Assembly (NCBI GenBank): GCA_044892525.1
Contig: CM097885.1
Location: 162,626,001-162,690,000, forward strand
Direction of reading: 5' to 3'
DNA: 64,000 bases
Source: Schmidtea polychroa
Taxonomy: Eukaryota
The notes below the pieces were generated by a model, which saw only the letters and a list, made by a program, of their open reading frames with translations, searched no databases and was not told the origin of the DNA. Below are positions 26,648-39,321 of the stretch, piece by piece. The stretch's first letter is position 1. Each line of letters opens with the position of its first letter. Both the position numbers and the translations under genes were made by a program.

Positions 26648-27269
26648 TACAGATTTAAGATTCATTGTCCTTATTTAAATTCGGGTTTACACTACCTCAT
26701 TTAAGTAAAACAAGTGAGGTTTAATTTTATCATACATATTTAGAATATGATTTATCTTATCTTAACTTACTCATTTGCGTTTCATTTTATATTTAAACTA
26801 TAGTTCGTATATACTTAAAAAGTGGTTTATGTAACCTTATCATATAAGTCATTAAAATTTATTTTTATTTATTACAATATGGATCCAATTACTTTGCGAT
26901 TCCTTTCTATATATATTATTAAATTGAATTTTTAATTTGCCAAATATATTTTGTTTAATTACGATAAATCATTTAGTTTTATGCATTGCTTATTATTTAT
27001 TGTTTATTGTATGCACATCGATAAGCTATTTTAGAAAAATCATCATCACTAACCAATTCGGTTTTATCGGGGATTGACGTGTTATTGGATCCCATTGAGG
27101 TCCTTAATTCACCCTCGCTTAGATATCGTCGTTCTGTTTAGTATATTATTAATAGCGGTTCACATTATCGATATTAGCGTCATCACATAACTATTTACAT
27201 AATTAAGGAATCACGTCATTATAATTATGATAGTTACTGTTCTTACCACACTTACCATAGTTGCTACTG

Positions 27270-27306
27270 TTATCATGTCATAATTATTATTATTATAATT
27301 ATTATA

Positions 27307-27373
<67 letters not shown>

Positions 27374-27395
27374 TTGTTAACATTATTATTATTGT
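27270..27395. repeat. (ATT)n microsatellite
   Basis: Direct reading. Confidence 0.95.
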
Positions 27396-27495
27396 AGGGT
27401 AATCCTCGATTGTTTCTGTGCACTTCCTCTAATTCATAAAAAATTAGAAATTTTACGAATATGTAAACTCAAGTCAATTTGTAAATAGTTTCATC

Positions 27496-28395
27496 ATGGA
27501 GAGCAGAGCCCAGAAGGTCTTAGTACATGAGCAGTCACAGGCCCTGAACCAGGTCTATACAACGAAAGAAATTGAATCGAGAATCTCGTGATATAAAGAG
27601 ATCGTCAATAACACTATCGTCGCAGCACACTATCTAATGCCGGACATTCTCTTCTCACCTTCGTGGGCAGGATGCTCTTTGTTAGTATTTACGGCTGGCA
27701 CCAAACACCCGTAGTCGTGAATGTGTCACCAGTAGTCGCACCATGAACCTAAGCGTGCCTACCCCGTTGCCAACAAACTCAAAGCCAAAAAGAAGAAATT
27801 TATCAAAGGCGGAACGTAACGCCAAGAAAAAAGCAAGAATAGCAGCAGCACTCGCTCAACTCAATGAAATCATCAGTCCACCGAACTTAACGATCGAAAT
27901 GCCCGAAAATGAGTTTGAACTAGACGTTCTCCTGGCGGACTGGAGCGCAACGGATGGTTTATTGATGACAAATGTTCTGGAGCAATCATGTCAAAGATTC
28001 GAATTTGATTTATCCATTATCTTTCTTTGTGGTTAATTTAATAATGAACTACCTTAATTGTGTTTAGTGCTTTTGTTTTGTTGCGATGAAAATTCAAGGA
28101 GAGGAGGAAAGTGTTCGCGCAATGGATGAAGTTGAAATCTGAGTCGAGTAACGTCGCCATAGAAAACAAGTAAGCCACAAACGTAATTCCCTCTAACGGC
28201 AGTAAAGAACCCGTTGGAAATGTAAAGAGTTGTAAGAGGGTAGCTCAACTACTATTTATTTTCCCATTGACAGTGGGAGTACCAACATGATAGTTGTCAT
28301 GGGCACACTGATCGAAATCGTTCTAAATCATGAGCGTTTGAGCACTAAGTACAAAATCAACTATTAGCGGAGTTTTTTTAACCCGAACGCCAACA
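27496..28395 (+). mobile_element. 3' part of a long-LTR-family element with embedded fossil ORF (27496-28036)
   Basis: 28186-28306 matches the family motif (CTCTAACGGCAGT, AGCTCA, ACCAACATGA..TCATGGG) and ends ACCCGAACGCCAACA. The ORF remnant ESRAQ..QSQALNQVYT is homologous to the one at 63010. Confidence 0.7.
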
Positions 28396-28734
28396 CTATT
28401 TAATCTTGCAAATATATTTGACAATAACAAATAAATCTCGGTAGTGATTTATTTAACTCGTAATTATTCAACTATCAATTGTCTTTATTTTTGTGTTTTA
28501 GAAGTAGTAATTTATAATCAATTATTTGCTTCTATCGTTGAAGGAGTAATATAACGAATAATTAATTGCATTTTTATTTTTTATGTAATATAATTTAATT
28601 TTAAGTATAATCGTTACAAAATTTTAAATACAGGATAAATTAATATAATTAATATATATTTCAAAATTCAAAATGAAAAAGGCAATTTTGAAAAGGAAAT
28701 ATTTATTAATTAATTCAGAAACGAGCAATATATA

Positions 28735-28915
28735 CACCAGAGTCTCTTTTTACACGGTTTTTTTACACGATTTATTTTAATTCACACGGTTTTTATAAAA
28801 ATTAATTTTAACCAACACTGTAAATTTCAATCATTTAATAAAGATTTGTATGTATTTATTGAAAATATTTAATCGTAATATGTAAGTTGTTAATACATTT
28901 ATGCATTTTTTATTT
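28735..28915 (+). mobile_element. 5' end of a Tigger element split by the Gypsy insertion
   Basis: TA + CACCAGAGTCTCTTTTTACACGG terminus. The element resumes at 41190. Confidence 0.7.
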
Positions 28916-29701
28916 TGTTGGGTTTTTAATGTAAGTCGGTATCACGGTCTGACTCCTTTGTGTTCTTTATCAAAATCAAGATAACCCAACACAATAATTT
29001 TATTCAAGACTAATACAAGTACACTTGTTGATTACACTCTTTATTGAACAATTTCAATCTTTAATAACTCTGATCTGCACTTTTCAATGATACAATAAAT
29101 CTCAAATTATCACAACTGCTAAATCCTTTTACTCACTCGTTTAATCCTACTAACTTTTCTTCGACCAACTGGCATTTTGTTTTCTTGCCAGTTGCTTTTA
29201 TACTCACTTGGTAATTGACTTTTTTTTTGCCAATTATTTTTGGTCTTATTTCCCCCGGGCTTCCTCTTGGAGGTCTAATTCAATTGAAGGGAATTTGCTC
29301 ATTTTCTTTGACGGCGCTTATTACTTTTTATCCGGCTAAATTAATTGCCTTCCCAAAATTGGATTTCTCAATTCGCTCGGGTTTTCCATTGTATCGGGTT
29401 TCCCATTAGCTCGGGTTCTCCATTAGCTCGGGTTTCCCATTAGCTCGGGTTTTCCATTAGTTAATTAATTTTTGTTTTTTGTAATTTATTCCTTTTAGGG
29501 ACCCCCCATTGATTTTATTTTATTATAGCTGAACTCGTCTCATTATTTAGCATCCGCCCATACCAGTTTCCCCCAGAAAATATTCATTTTTTAAAATTTT
29601 TGATTTTTAATTAATATTTTGTACTTTAAATTTTGATTTTGAATTTGGTGTTTTTGTCAATTTTCACCTCATTTTGTGCCTCTCTTTGTTGAACCCCAAC
29701 A
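28916..29701 (-). repeat. 3' LTR of element 2 (786 bp)
   Basis: Near-identical to 40513-41189 apart from indels; preceded on the minus strand by the PPT. Confidence 0.95.
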
Positions 29702-29717
29702 TATCTCCCCCCTTTAA
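29702..29717 (-). promoter_or_regulatory. Polypurine tract
   Basis: Minus strand TTAAAGGGGGGAGATA immediately before the 3' LTR TG. Confidence 0.9.
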
Positions 29718-30238
29718 TTTAGATTCGACCTCGAATCTGCATGTATATAATAAGTCTAATTTACCATACAATAATAACAATAATAATAATAATCATAATA
29801 ATAATAATAATAAGAATGGATTGCTATCTACCTATTTTAGCTATTGCCTTTGCCAATGATTCTAAATCTGAGATATTTTATTTTGAAATTTCCTTATTCG
29901 ACTCCCCCCATCATCCTCACACTACTTAATATAAATAATAATGTTAATACTAATAACAATAATAATGACGATAACAAGACTACCGATAATAATAACAATA
30001 ATTCCTACCGATNNNNNNNNNNNNNNNNNNNNNNNNNNNNNNNNNNNNNNNNNNNNNNNNNNNNNNNNNNNNNNNNNNNNNNNNNNNNNNNNNNNNNNNN
30101 NNNNNNNNNNNNNNNNNNNNNNNNNNNNNNNNNNNNNNNNNNNNNNNNNNNNNNNNTGATTTTTTTTTGTTTTGAATAATAATGATAATAATAATACTGA
30201 TAATAATTCCTAATGATCACAATAATAAGGATAATAAC

Positions 30239-30312
<74 letters not shown>

Positions 30313-30345
30313 TAATTCACTTATTCAATTTTTTTTAATTAGAGA

Positions 30346-30538
30346 AATTTCAATAATTGAATTGACATAATTGAATTTTGTTTAGAAGGAATTCTCAGAA
30401 ATTCCATGAAAACGAGCGCTCAATCATATTCCAATCCACATAAATGAAGATTTTCAAAGAAATTTCAATAATTGAACTGACATAATTGAATTTTGCTTAG
30501 AAGGAATTCTCAGAAATTCCATGAAAACGAGCGCTCAG
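30346..30538. repeat. ~80-bp direct repeat, two copies, in the 3' non-coding part of element 2
   Basis: AATTTCAATAATTGAA..GAAAACGAGCGCTCA at ~30346-30422 and ~30461-30538. Confidence 0.85.
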
Positions 30539-32928
30539 CCATTCAAGTAGAACTTTCCCATTATTTTATAATTCAATATTTTCTTTTAGAACGAAAGAAA
30601 ATTGACGGCGAAACATCAGTGAGTTTCCCCAAATTGCCTCTCAGATTCTAGCCAATGCATTAAATGGCTTCTGATTGGCTGTTTTTCCTCTAATAGGTAA
30701 GAGATTTTATTATATTATTTATGTGAATATTATTAAATATTAGTCATTTTTTCGTAGAGCAGAAAAATCTAAAAATGTATGATTCTCTGTAGCTTCTTTT
30801 AATTGAACTTTGGCAATGGATATTGATTTTTCTGATATTTTCAATAATTTAGAATGTGAAATTTCCAAAATCCGGTCAATAATTTGTTACCAATTTATTT
30901 TATTATTTATTTATTCTTGCATGTAAATACTGCCATGATTGAAAGAAAAATATGCGAGTAAGCGGGGTTTCGGTTTATTAAATTAAAGGATTTATTCTGT
31001 GTACCTGGATTTGATTAGAATTTTTAAAATTTTAGAATTATTTTTAATAATTAATATTTTTGGATTTAATTCATGAACCGTGCAAAATATTTAACCTTTT
31101 CAAAACAATTTTTTTTATATGTTTAGCATACTAATAACTTTTTGGAAGAGAATTATGTGCTTTGGTTTTAAGTAATAAACGATGCCAAGATTATGCTAAT
31201 GGACCATCCTGCTAAATTTCTGGAAATTTTTTTAAAAGTTTACTATTCTGTATTCAGCAATTTTTTTGTAACTAATGCGATTTATTTGCTAGCCCAGTAC
31301 CAACAATTTATGGAGAAAAGTTTACAAGTTGTTTTAATGAATTATATACATGTTAATGATTCAGGTTTAATTGAAAGTTACTTTTATTTTTTTTTTAAAA
31401 AGTCCTTAGATTGAACATTTTAATATCCACGAGGAAAAGCAAAATTTGTCGCATTTTCAAAAATTTATTTAGAAATACTTTCGATATTTAAAGAAATTGA
31501 AAATTTATTTTAAATTAATCAAACGTTTTATTTGATTATTCAAAATTGGATCAATTAAAACAAACTCAATATTTTAGGTAGGTTTTAAAATTTATACAAT
31601 ATTTGTCCAAATTGAAATAACTTTTTATTCTTTCCAGTTTATCACAGGTCGTATTTTTATCAATTATAAATAATTATTTATCAACAATTAAATAGTATTT
31701 ATCCATACATCTTTCGCNNNNNNNNNNNNNNNNNNNNNNNNNNNNNNNNNNNNNNNNNNNNNNNNNNNNNNNNNNNNNNNNNNNNNNNNNNNNNNNNNNN
31801 NNNNNNNNNNNNNNNNNNNNNNNNNNNNNNNNNNNNNNNNNNNNNNNNNNNNNNNNNNNNNNNNNNNNNNNNNNNNNNNNNNNNNNNNNNNNNNTATATT
31901 GTTGATGTAAAAATGAAATAATTATTATTTGTCTTTTTTAATCTATTTTTTTTGCATGTTATTTTTATAATAAAATAGAAAAATTGTTAAATTATTTGCA
32001 TTCAATTTATGGTTCAAATACGATATGTAATTCCTAATATTTTGGCAGTGATATTAAATTTATAACAATGGATCGTGTGTATTTATTATTCTTTAATTAA
32101 TATTTTATATTGTCTTTTTACTACTCAATTTATATTATTAAAATTTCAATTTTAATTTTCATCATTGCTTGAAAATAAAACGGTTTGTTATTATTCGACA
32201 ACTAATATGCCGAAAAATTATGGTTACTGACATAGAGTCATTTAAAGAAATTGTTCTTATGATAAAGTATTGATGTATTTGAGTGTTCATAATATCACGA
32301 AAATATTGTTGTTTAATTTCGAATATTATTAAATAAACAATATATTAATAAAAACACATCTAAATTTGCGATTGCTGAGGGATTAAAGTGATGTACTTAT
32401 AATAAATTTTGTTAAATAAGTGATACGTGGCAAGGTTTAGTGCAAAATTTATATTATACTATATTTACTATATCTAAAAAGTAAAGGTAATGAAAAGTTG
32501 ACTGCCAATTTGTGGATGTACATTCACTGATACACCTACATGACTAATTATTAGACTGAAACCATTTTATCTATTTTATACAGCTTTTACCTGTTGTAAT
32601 TATTAATAATAAATTGTCGCAGCCCATTATGGCTATTGACAACCACACCTTTCCAATTGTTGTCCAGGGTAGCCAAACCCCGACAATTGGGAATGTGTAT
32701 GTTGTTATTTATAAATTAAAAGTTTTATTTATTATTTATACATTTTTCCCTTTAATTATTTGGGGTTTGACTGATGAGCTACCAATTAATAAATGANNNN
32801 NNNNNNNNNNNNNNNNNNNNNNNNNNNNNNNNNNNNNNNNNNNNNNNNNNNNNNNNNNNNNNNNNNNNNNNNNNNNNNNNNNNNNNNNNNNNNNNNNNNN
32901 NNNNNNNNNNNNNNNNNNNNNNNNNNNN

Positions 32929-34176
32929 CAATTGTTTGGTTCCATGCCGATACCGTATTATTGTTTCTTCCCGTTCGTAGATTACCCCATCGATGGTTAC
33001 AGTCTCCCCAACATCAATATTTGAAGTGTTTTTCCTTTTTCTCGCTTGTCGACATTCGGGCATTGGACCATACTCAAGTGTTGGGTGTATTCTTACCATC
33101 GAAACACTTATCATTACTGAAACACATTCTTGTGAAATTTCCAAAAACGATTCGGTGGCCCACTTTAATGGAATTAATGGATTTTCGGTCTCCATCTCCA
33201 CATTCTCCTCGCTTGTCAAGTCAATTTGTTCTGCTTCCATCACATCGTCAACCAGAATTTGTGCCACTTTCACTACCGTTTGTAATTTGAACCATTCTCC
33301 TTTCCTGGTTATTCCCCTGTTCTGGAGTACTGGTGCCGCTGCCAAATCACGAATGCCATATAATTGCTCAATCCATATTCCCAAATATTGCAATTCTGCA
33401 TGTAAATCATGGCCCACTAGTATCTTGCCAACTGTCAATTGTTGGATGTCTTTTGTTGCCACATATTGATCGCATTGATTCCTGCTAGCTACTTCTGTGA
33501 TTCCGTGGATCCTTGAATTAAAATGGCGAATTTTTCCCCTTGGAGTCAAGTATATATTCTTTATTATTTTTCCATAATAATTCATAATCGCAAGTGCTAG
33601 AGGGACCATTTTTCCTTGTTCAGACGTGCCATATTCTGCATCAATAAACAATATTCAGTTGCGGATTTCTTCCAAATCCATTTCCTTTCTGAGAAACGAC
33701 ATTTTCCTTTTCAACATTTCTTTCGAAATTTTCATTAACATTGGATCTTCTCTTGCACTTGGCTGCATCTACGGAACTTCGTTCGCTTCATTTTCGATTC
33801 TGATTTCCACTACCATGGTTGTTTCTTCATTCGCTGCTCGTAACATTCTCCACATGAAGTCTCTCTGCAGCTTCCACGACGTAAATTTTTTAAGTTCCCA
33901 ACACACTTTGTTGTCATTCGTCAGTACCTCAACGGTATCCTTGATCACATGTAGATGATATTCTTCTTTCCTTGACATCTCTACTTCTTCTGCTAATCGC
34001 AATTTTGACATCCTCATGATCGTAAACATTTGGATCTTCATTTTTCGGTCATCAATTCTTAAATAATTTGGGATTTGGAGATTGTCATTGATCCGGTATA
34101 CTTTTTGTCCGGCATGATTGTTCTTCATTTTGATGTAGCTGTCGTAGGTCGACCTTGCCAACTGTATTTGTTCCAT
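32929..34176 (-). pseudogene. Accessory ORF with REX4/ISG20-like DEDD 3'-5' exonuclease domain
   Basis: ORFs 33769-34176 and 32779-33651 are in the same frame, separated only by TAG and TGA. ExoI FIDAE, NYYG..YLTP..IHGI, ExoII ILVGHDLHAEL, IRD. ExoIII not visible. The 3' end runs into a gap. Confidence 0.85.
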
Positions 34177-34598
34177 TTTTTTCTACAATAGTTATATATT
34201 TAAAATTTGAAGTTAATTTAATTTTAACACTAGGATTGAGATGGGGTACCCAAAGGATACCGTCCCACCGACTAGTTATATAAATAAATAATAATAATTA
34301 CCGTTTAGTTAATTGTTGATTTTTTTTTCAAAATTAATGGAGTTTAATGGATTTAACCCTCTTTTTATACCCTTATGAAAATTCTCTTAACCCCGTTTTT
34401 CTCTCCCCCTTAACACAGCGCTAACCAATCAAATTGATTCTTTCCGTTGATATTGAAAAGTGCAGATTCACAAGTAAAATAAAATGAAATATTGATCATA
34501 TCCATAATGAAATAAAATATTAATAATATCCATAAAATATTTGTACTATATTACTACTACTACTTTATCAATTTTGCATGCAAAGTATTTATGTCTTA

Positions 34599-35798
34599 CT
34601 ACACAAATGTTTCTTCATAAACGACCCAAGGTCTCGCAATCTCGGATCGATTCGTAGAAGGTTTGGGTATTGTTCGAAATTCAATTAGCACAATGATAAT
34701 GAGAATAATGAGAGAGATTGTTATAATGAAAGTAGTTATTAATAATGTTACACACACAATTTCACTGTCAGTTTTTAATGACGATATGGTTTCGTTATTA
34801 GTCATTGACTCATTGATGCTAAAAAAATGATTACGTTGGCAGAGCTAGGGGTTCGGTTGGACTGATTTGATTTGTTTCGATTTCCATACTGCGAGTTAAT
34901 AGATGGAATTTACACAATTTTATTTTCCACTAAAGTTAATTGCCATAGATTTGAAAATAGAGAACGTCTATAGTATTTTATTTTAATGAACACAAATTTT
35001 GACGTCGATATTGGTGAACGTTGACGAAAAGTTAATATTTGAGATTTATTTTTTTCATTTAATATCGATTGAATTTTTCCATAATAATATAAAATAGCTT
35101 TTTGATTGGGCTCCGCTTGTCGGGTAACATTCACTAATTTATTGAGAATATGAAAAGTAACCCGATTTGTTTCATTAACTAATCATATCATATGTTGACT
35201 AGAGTGTATTCTGATCCATTGACTATCAATTTCAGTTCCGTTTTCGTATAAAGATTTTTCATAATAATGAATCAGAATATTATAGTTATGATGTAATTTT
35301 AAATCTGCATACTTTATAAAGGGTTTCTGCTATTCAATGTATCTATCGCATAATTTTGAAAACTGCTTTTACTTGTTGGGATTGCTGGGGTTCCCAATAT
35401 ATGTCAATTCCATTTAGCAGTGGTTCAATTGATACTCGATTATGTAATCTCTTTGTCCAGATATTAATACGTATAAGATTTTGTATTTTCGTATTATTAT
35501 TTTCTGAATTTAATTGTGTAATTAACCACGGGTATTCATAATTCATTGTTAATTGTCTAGCCACATAAATACTTTTGTTGCTGTTTAACTTTATTGGGGG
35601 TTCAAAGTAATTTATTAGATTACTTATCTCAATTTCTTCTGATCCCTCAACATAATAGACCCATACTATTTGAGTACATGTTGAGTATATATGAATTTTA
35701 TCTAGTAGGGTAACTGTATTAGTTGCATACAATGGGAATACTCTCCCAGCGTTCACTGATATTATATTGATAATCATTACTGTTGTAATTAATAAAAC
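34599..35798 (-). pseudogene. Second type-I membrane (glyco)protein fused downstream of integrase
   Basis: In frame after the GPY module: signal-like VLLITTVMIINIISVNA, a ~330-aa decayed ectodomain with several N-x-S/T sequons, TM IVCVTLLITTFIITISLIILIIIVLI (34683-34760), and a short tail. Confidence 0.6.
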
Positions 35799-35899
35799 TT
35801 TATTGATGTAACTCAATAGAGCAGGGTTTTTTGTAAACTTTTGTTTAATTACTGGGTTCCCTGCATTTTTATTTGTATTTGATCTCAATGGATAGCCTG

Positions 35900-38800
35900 A
35901 TTCATCTTCTCCTATTATCTTCTTGCATCTATTTACATGAACGATGATTGTCCCAGCCTTTTTATTGTTTTGTGGACGCAATTTTAAATTAGTCTCTGTC
36001 GTATCACACACTAGATATGGTCCTTTAAACGGTCGTTGCAATTTCGTTGACAAGCCTTTTGTTGGTTCTGGTTTGTTTATATACACGAGATCTCCAATTT
36101 TAATGTCATGCGCCCGTGCGCGTTTATCATAGCATTCTTTATACGCTTCTTGATGATGCCTTATGTTAAGTCCAGCTTGGATCCATACTGAGTGTAGTCT
36201 TTCATGCATAGCTATTTTATAATCCGACACATCCATATATTGGGAAATAGGGGACTGAAATTCCAGATCGACTGGCATATTGTTTCGTCGTAGATACATG
36301 AGAAAAGGGTGTTTCTCCAGTGCTTTCATTTACTGCATTCCGGTATGCAAATAAGCATGGTTTAATGAATAAATCCCAATCCTTTTGTTTCCTATTTACA
36401 TAGGATGATATCATATTAATTAGTGTCCCATTAAATCTTTCAACTAGACCATCTGTTTGTGGATGATATGGTGAGGTACTAAGTTTCAATATACCAAATA
36501 AATCTGTAATTGATTTAAATAATTCACTCTGAAAATTTGTTCCTTGATCTGTAAGTAATTTCTTTGGTGCTCCGTATCGAAAAATAATATTCTCCACAAA
36601 TATTTTCGCAACTGTTTCTGCTTTCTGATTTGGCATTGCATAAGCCTCTGGCCATTTAGTAAGATAATCGCAAAAAACAATAATGTATTTGTTGACATTT
36701 GTTGTTTCCGGCAATGGACCAACGATGTCCATTGCTGTCATTTCCATTGGCGCCTTTGGCACTGGCATAGGCTTAAGCGGAACATTTATTTTCCGTCCCG
36801 TATTTCGTCTTGTTAGGCATATCTCACACGTATGACACCATTGTCTGACATCTTGTTCCATCATTTTCCAATAATATTTCTTTTTCAATCTTGATAATGT
36901 TTTTCGCGCTGATAAATGCCCTCCTAATGCTCCATCGTGATACAACAACAGTAATGCTTTTCGATGTTTTGTCGGAACAATAATTAACAAATTTTCATTT
37001 TGTACACATTTTAACAAACCATCATGAATAATGTATTTATGGTTCTCTTCGGCAATATGTTTCCAGTCACTCTCCTTTTTGATTGAGACAGCATGTTGAC
37101 GTAACTGATTTAATTCCTCGTCATTTTCCTGATCATCTTGTAATTTTTCTATATTATTTGCCGTTTTAATTGCCATGAATATTGTATTTTCGCAATTTTT
37201 TTCATCTTGATCAACATTATTTTCTACGGGTATTCTCGACATAGCATCCGCATTTGCATTTGCCTTTCCTGTACGATACTTTATCTCGAAATCATATTCT
37301 TGTAACGCAATTGACCACCTAATTAATTTACTGGCCGAATCTCTATGCTTCATTAGCCATTGTAACGGATTGTGATCCGTAAAGACAACAAACTTTTTGC
37401 CTACTAGGTATTGTCGAAAAGTGGTTATCCCATATACCAATGCTAACGTTTCTTTTTCGATTGTCGAATAATTTTTTTCATGAGGTTTCAACGATCTGCT
37501 GGCATAAGCAATTACATGATCTTTTTCCCCTTCTACTTGCTGTCCAAATACCGCGGCTAATGCGAAATTACTGGCATCTGTCATTAATATAAACGGTTTT
37601 TTAAAGTTCGGACATCTTAATATCGGCTGTTTTATTAAGCTTTCTTTGAGTTTATCAAACGCTTCTTGCTGAGCTGTTGTCCATTTAAATTTTGCTTGCT
37701 TTTTCAATAACATGTTCAAAGGTTGTGCGACATGTGAGAAACTTTTAATAAACTTTCTGTAATAACTAGCTAATCCCAGAAATTGTCGAACCTGATCTAC
37801 ATCCTTGGGAATAGGATATTTCTCAATTTTCTCTACATTTTCTGGATTTGGTTGCAAACCTAGACGCGAAATGATATGACCCACATAAACGACTTCAGAT
37901 TTCCCCCATTCACATTTGGAGGGTTTTATTTTTAAGTTTGCTTCTAACAATCGCTTGAATACTGTTTCCACATCCTGCAAATGTTCCTGAAAACTATTCG
38001 AAAATATTATAATATCGTCAATATACACTAATGCATGTGGTATATCGCGCAAAACAAAATTCATACCTCTCTGAAATGTAGCAGGTGCTCCTGTTAATCC
38101 GAATGGTAACACGTTAAACTCATATAGACCCTTCCCATCTGAAAATGCAGTTTTCCTTCTATCTTCCTCTTTTACTTTAAATTGATTGTATCCTTTATTA
38201 AGATCTATTACCGTAAAATATTGCACCTCCCCCCATCTGATCGAACATTTCCTGTGGAACAGGAATAGGATATGTATCTTTTCTCGTTACTTGGTTCAAT
38301 TTTCGATAGTCGACACAAAATCTTAAATCACCGTCCTTCTTTTTAACTACTATTGATGATGAGAATGGTGAGGAACTATCTCTTATTATATTGAATTCTT
38401 TCATTGCTTTGATTTGCCGATCACTTTCTTCCTGATGTATGTATGGTATTCTATACGGCCATAATTTTATTGGGGTTTCGCTGAGTAGTGGTATTTCATG
38501 CTCAATCACCTGAGTGAGTCCCAGATCATACTCATGTTTTGCAAATCCGTCAAATCTTTGCTTGTGATCTGAGGTTCTTTATAAATTTTTATATTTCTCG
38601 GTAACTTCTGAGCTTCCTCAGATTTGATTTTTGTTAATTTTCCCAATTTGGTTTTGGGCTTTATTTCAACGGATCTTGCACTATAATTCGCTATTCTAAC
38701 TGGTACTGACTTATTTTGGACTTTCACTACTTCATCACACATAGGCACATCGTATTTTTCAACCAGCTTTTGATTTGGCTCAAATATGTACTCCTCATCT

Positions 38801-39291
38801 GAGACCCTCATAACATCTGCATAGTATATTACTTCGCTTTTTGGTGGTACTTCCAATGTTTGGTTTAGAAATACCTCTCCTACTTCAGGCACTACTTCAC
38901 CCATTTGTCCTTTTATTAGTTTTCCAGTTCTCAGATCAAGAGAAATTCCATGTAGTTGCTCCATGACATCCATGCCAATAAGACATTTTACAGGACTTTT
39001 TCTCATCACTGATACCCAATGAATTATTTCTTGATCTCCAATTATCAGTTTAACTTCTAATTTTCCAACAATATTTAGTGCATTATGTGACATTGATTTA
39101 ATAATGTGATTCGTTGGTTTTATTTTGGCTTTCTCCTGATACGTCAAGAAGCTTTCCGCTAATATAGTATGACTTGAGCCTGAGTCTAATAAAGCTTCCA
39201 CTTTTCTCTTGTTAAACTGTATGTTTATTCGAGGTTGTTTTCCTCCTACTACTGTTGTCATTAGTGCATAGCTGCATGGTAGACCAAGCAT
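35900..39291 (-). pseudogene. Pol: PR-RT-RNase H-integrase (GPY), three frameshifts
   Basis: ALLDSGSS; FGLTGAPATFQR, YIDD; TDASN, TDHNPL; HHCC (H..GGH..CHTC), MDIVGPLP, TDQGTNF, VERFNGTL; FKGPY. Confidence 0.96.
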
Positions 39292-39321
39292 ATTCTTTCT
39301 TTCAATTTCCGTACTCGTTGG

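Noticed and set aside
29376-29460. CRISPR-like array
   Set aside because: Units are head-to-tail with no spacers, lie inside a eukaryotic LTR, and there are no cas genes.
27211-30370. Poly-N/I and poly-X ORFs in the ORF track (also 14202-14477 and 43589-43798)
   Set aside because: These are translations of (AAT)n/(TA)n microsatellites and N-gaps.
32660-32796. CTGATGAG hammerhead-like core
   Set aside because: No correctly placed GAAA or stems, and the downstream sequence falls in an N-gap.
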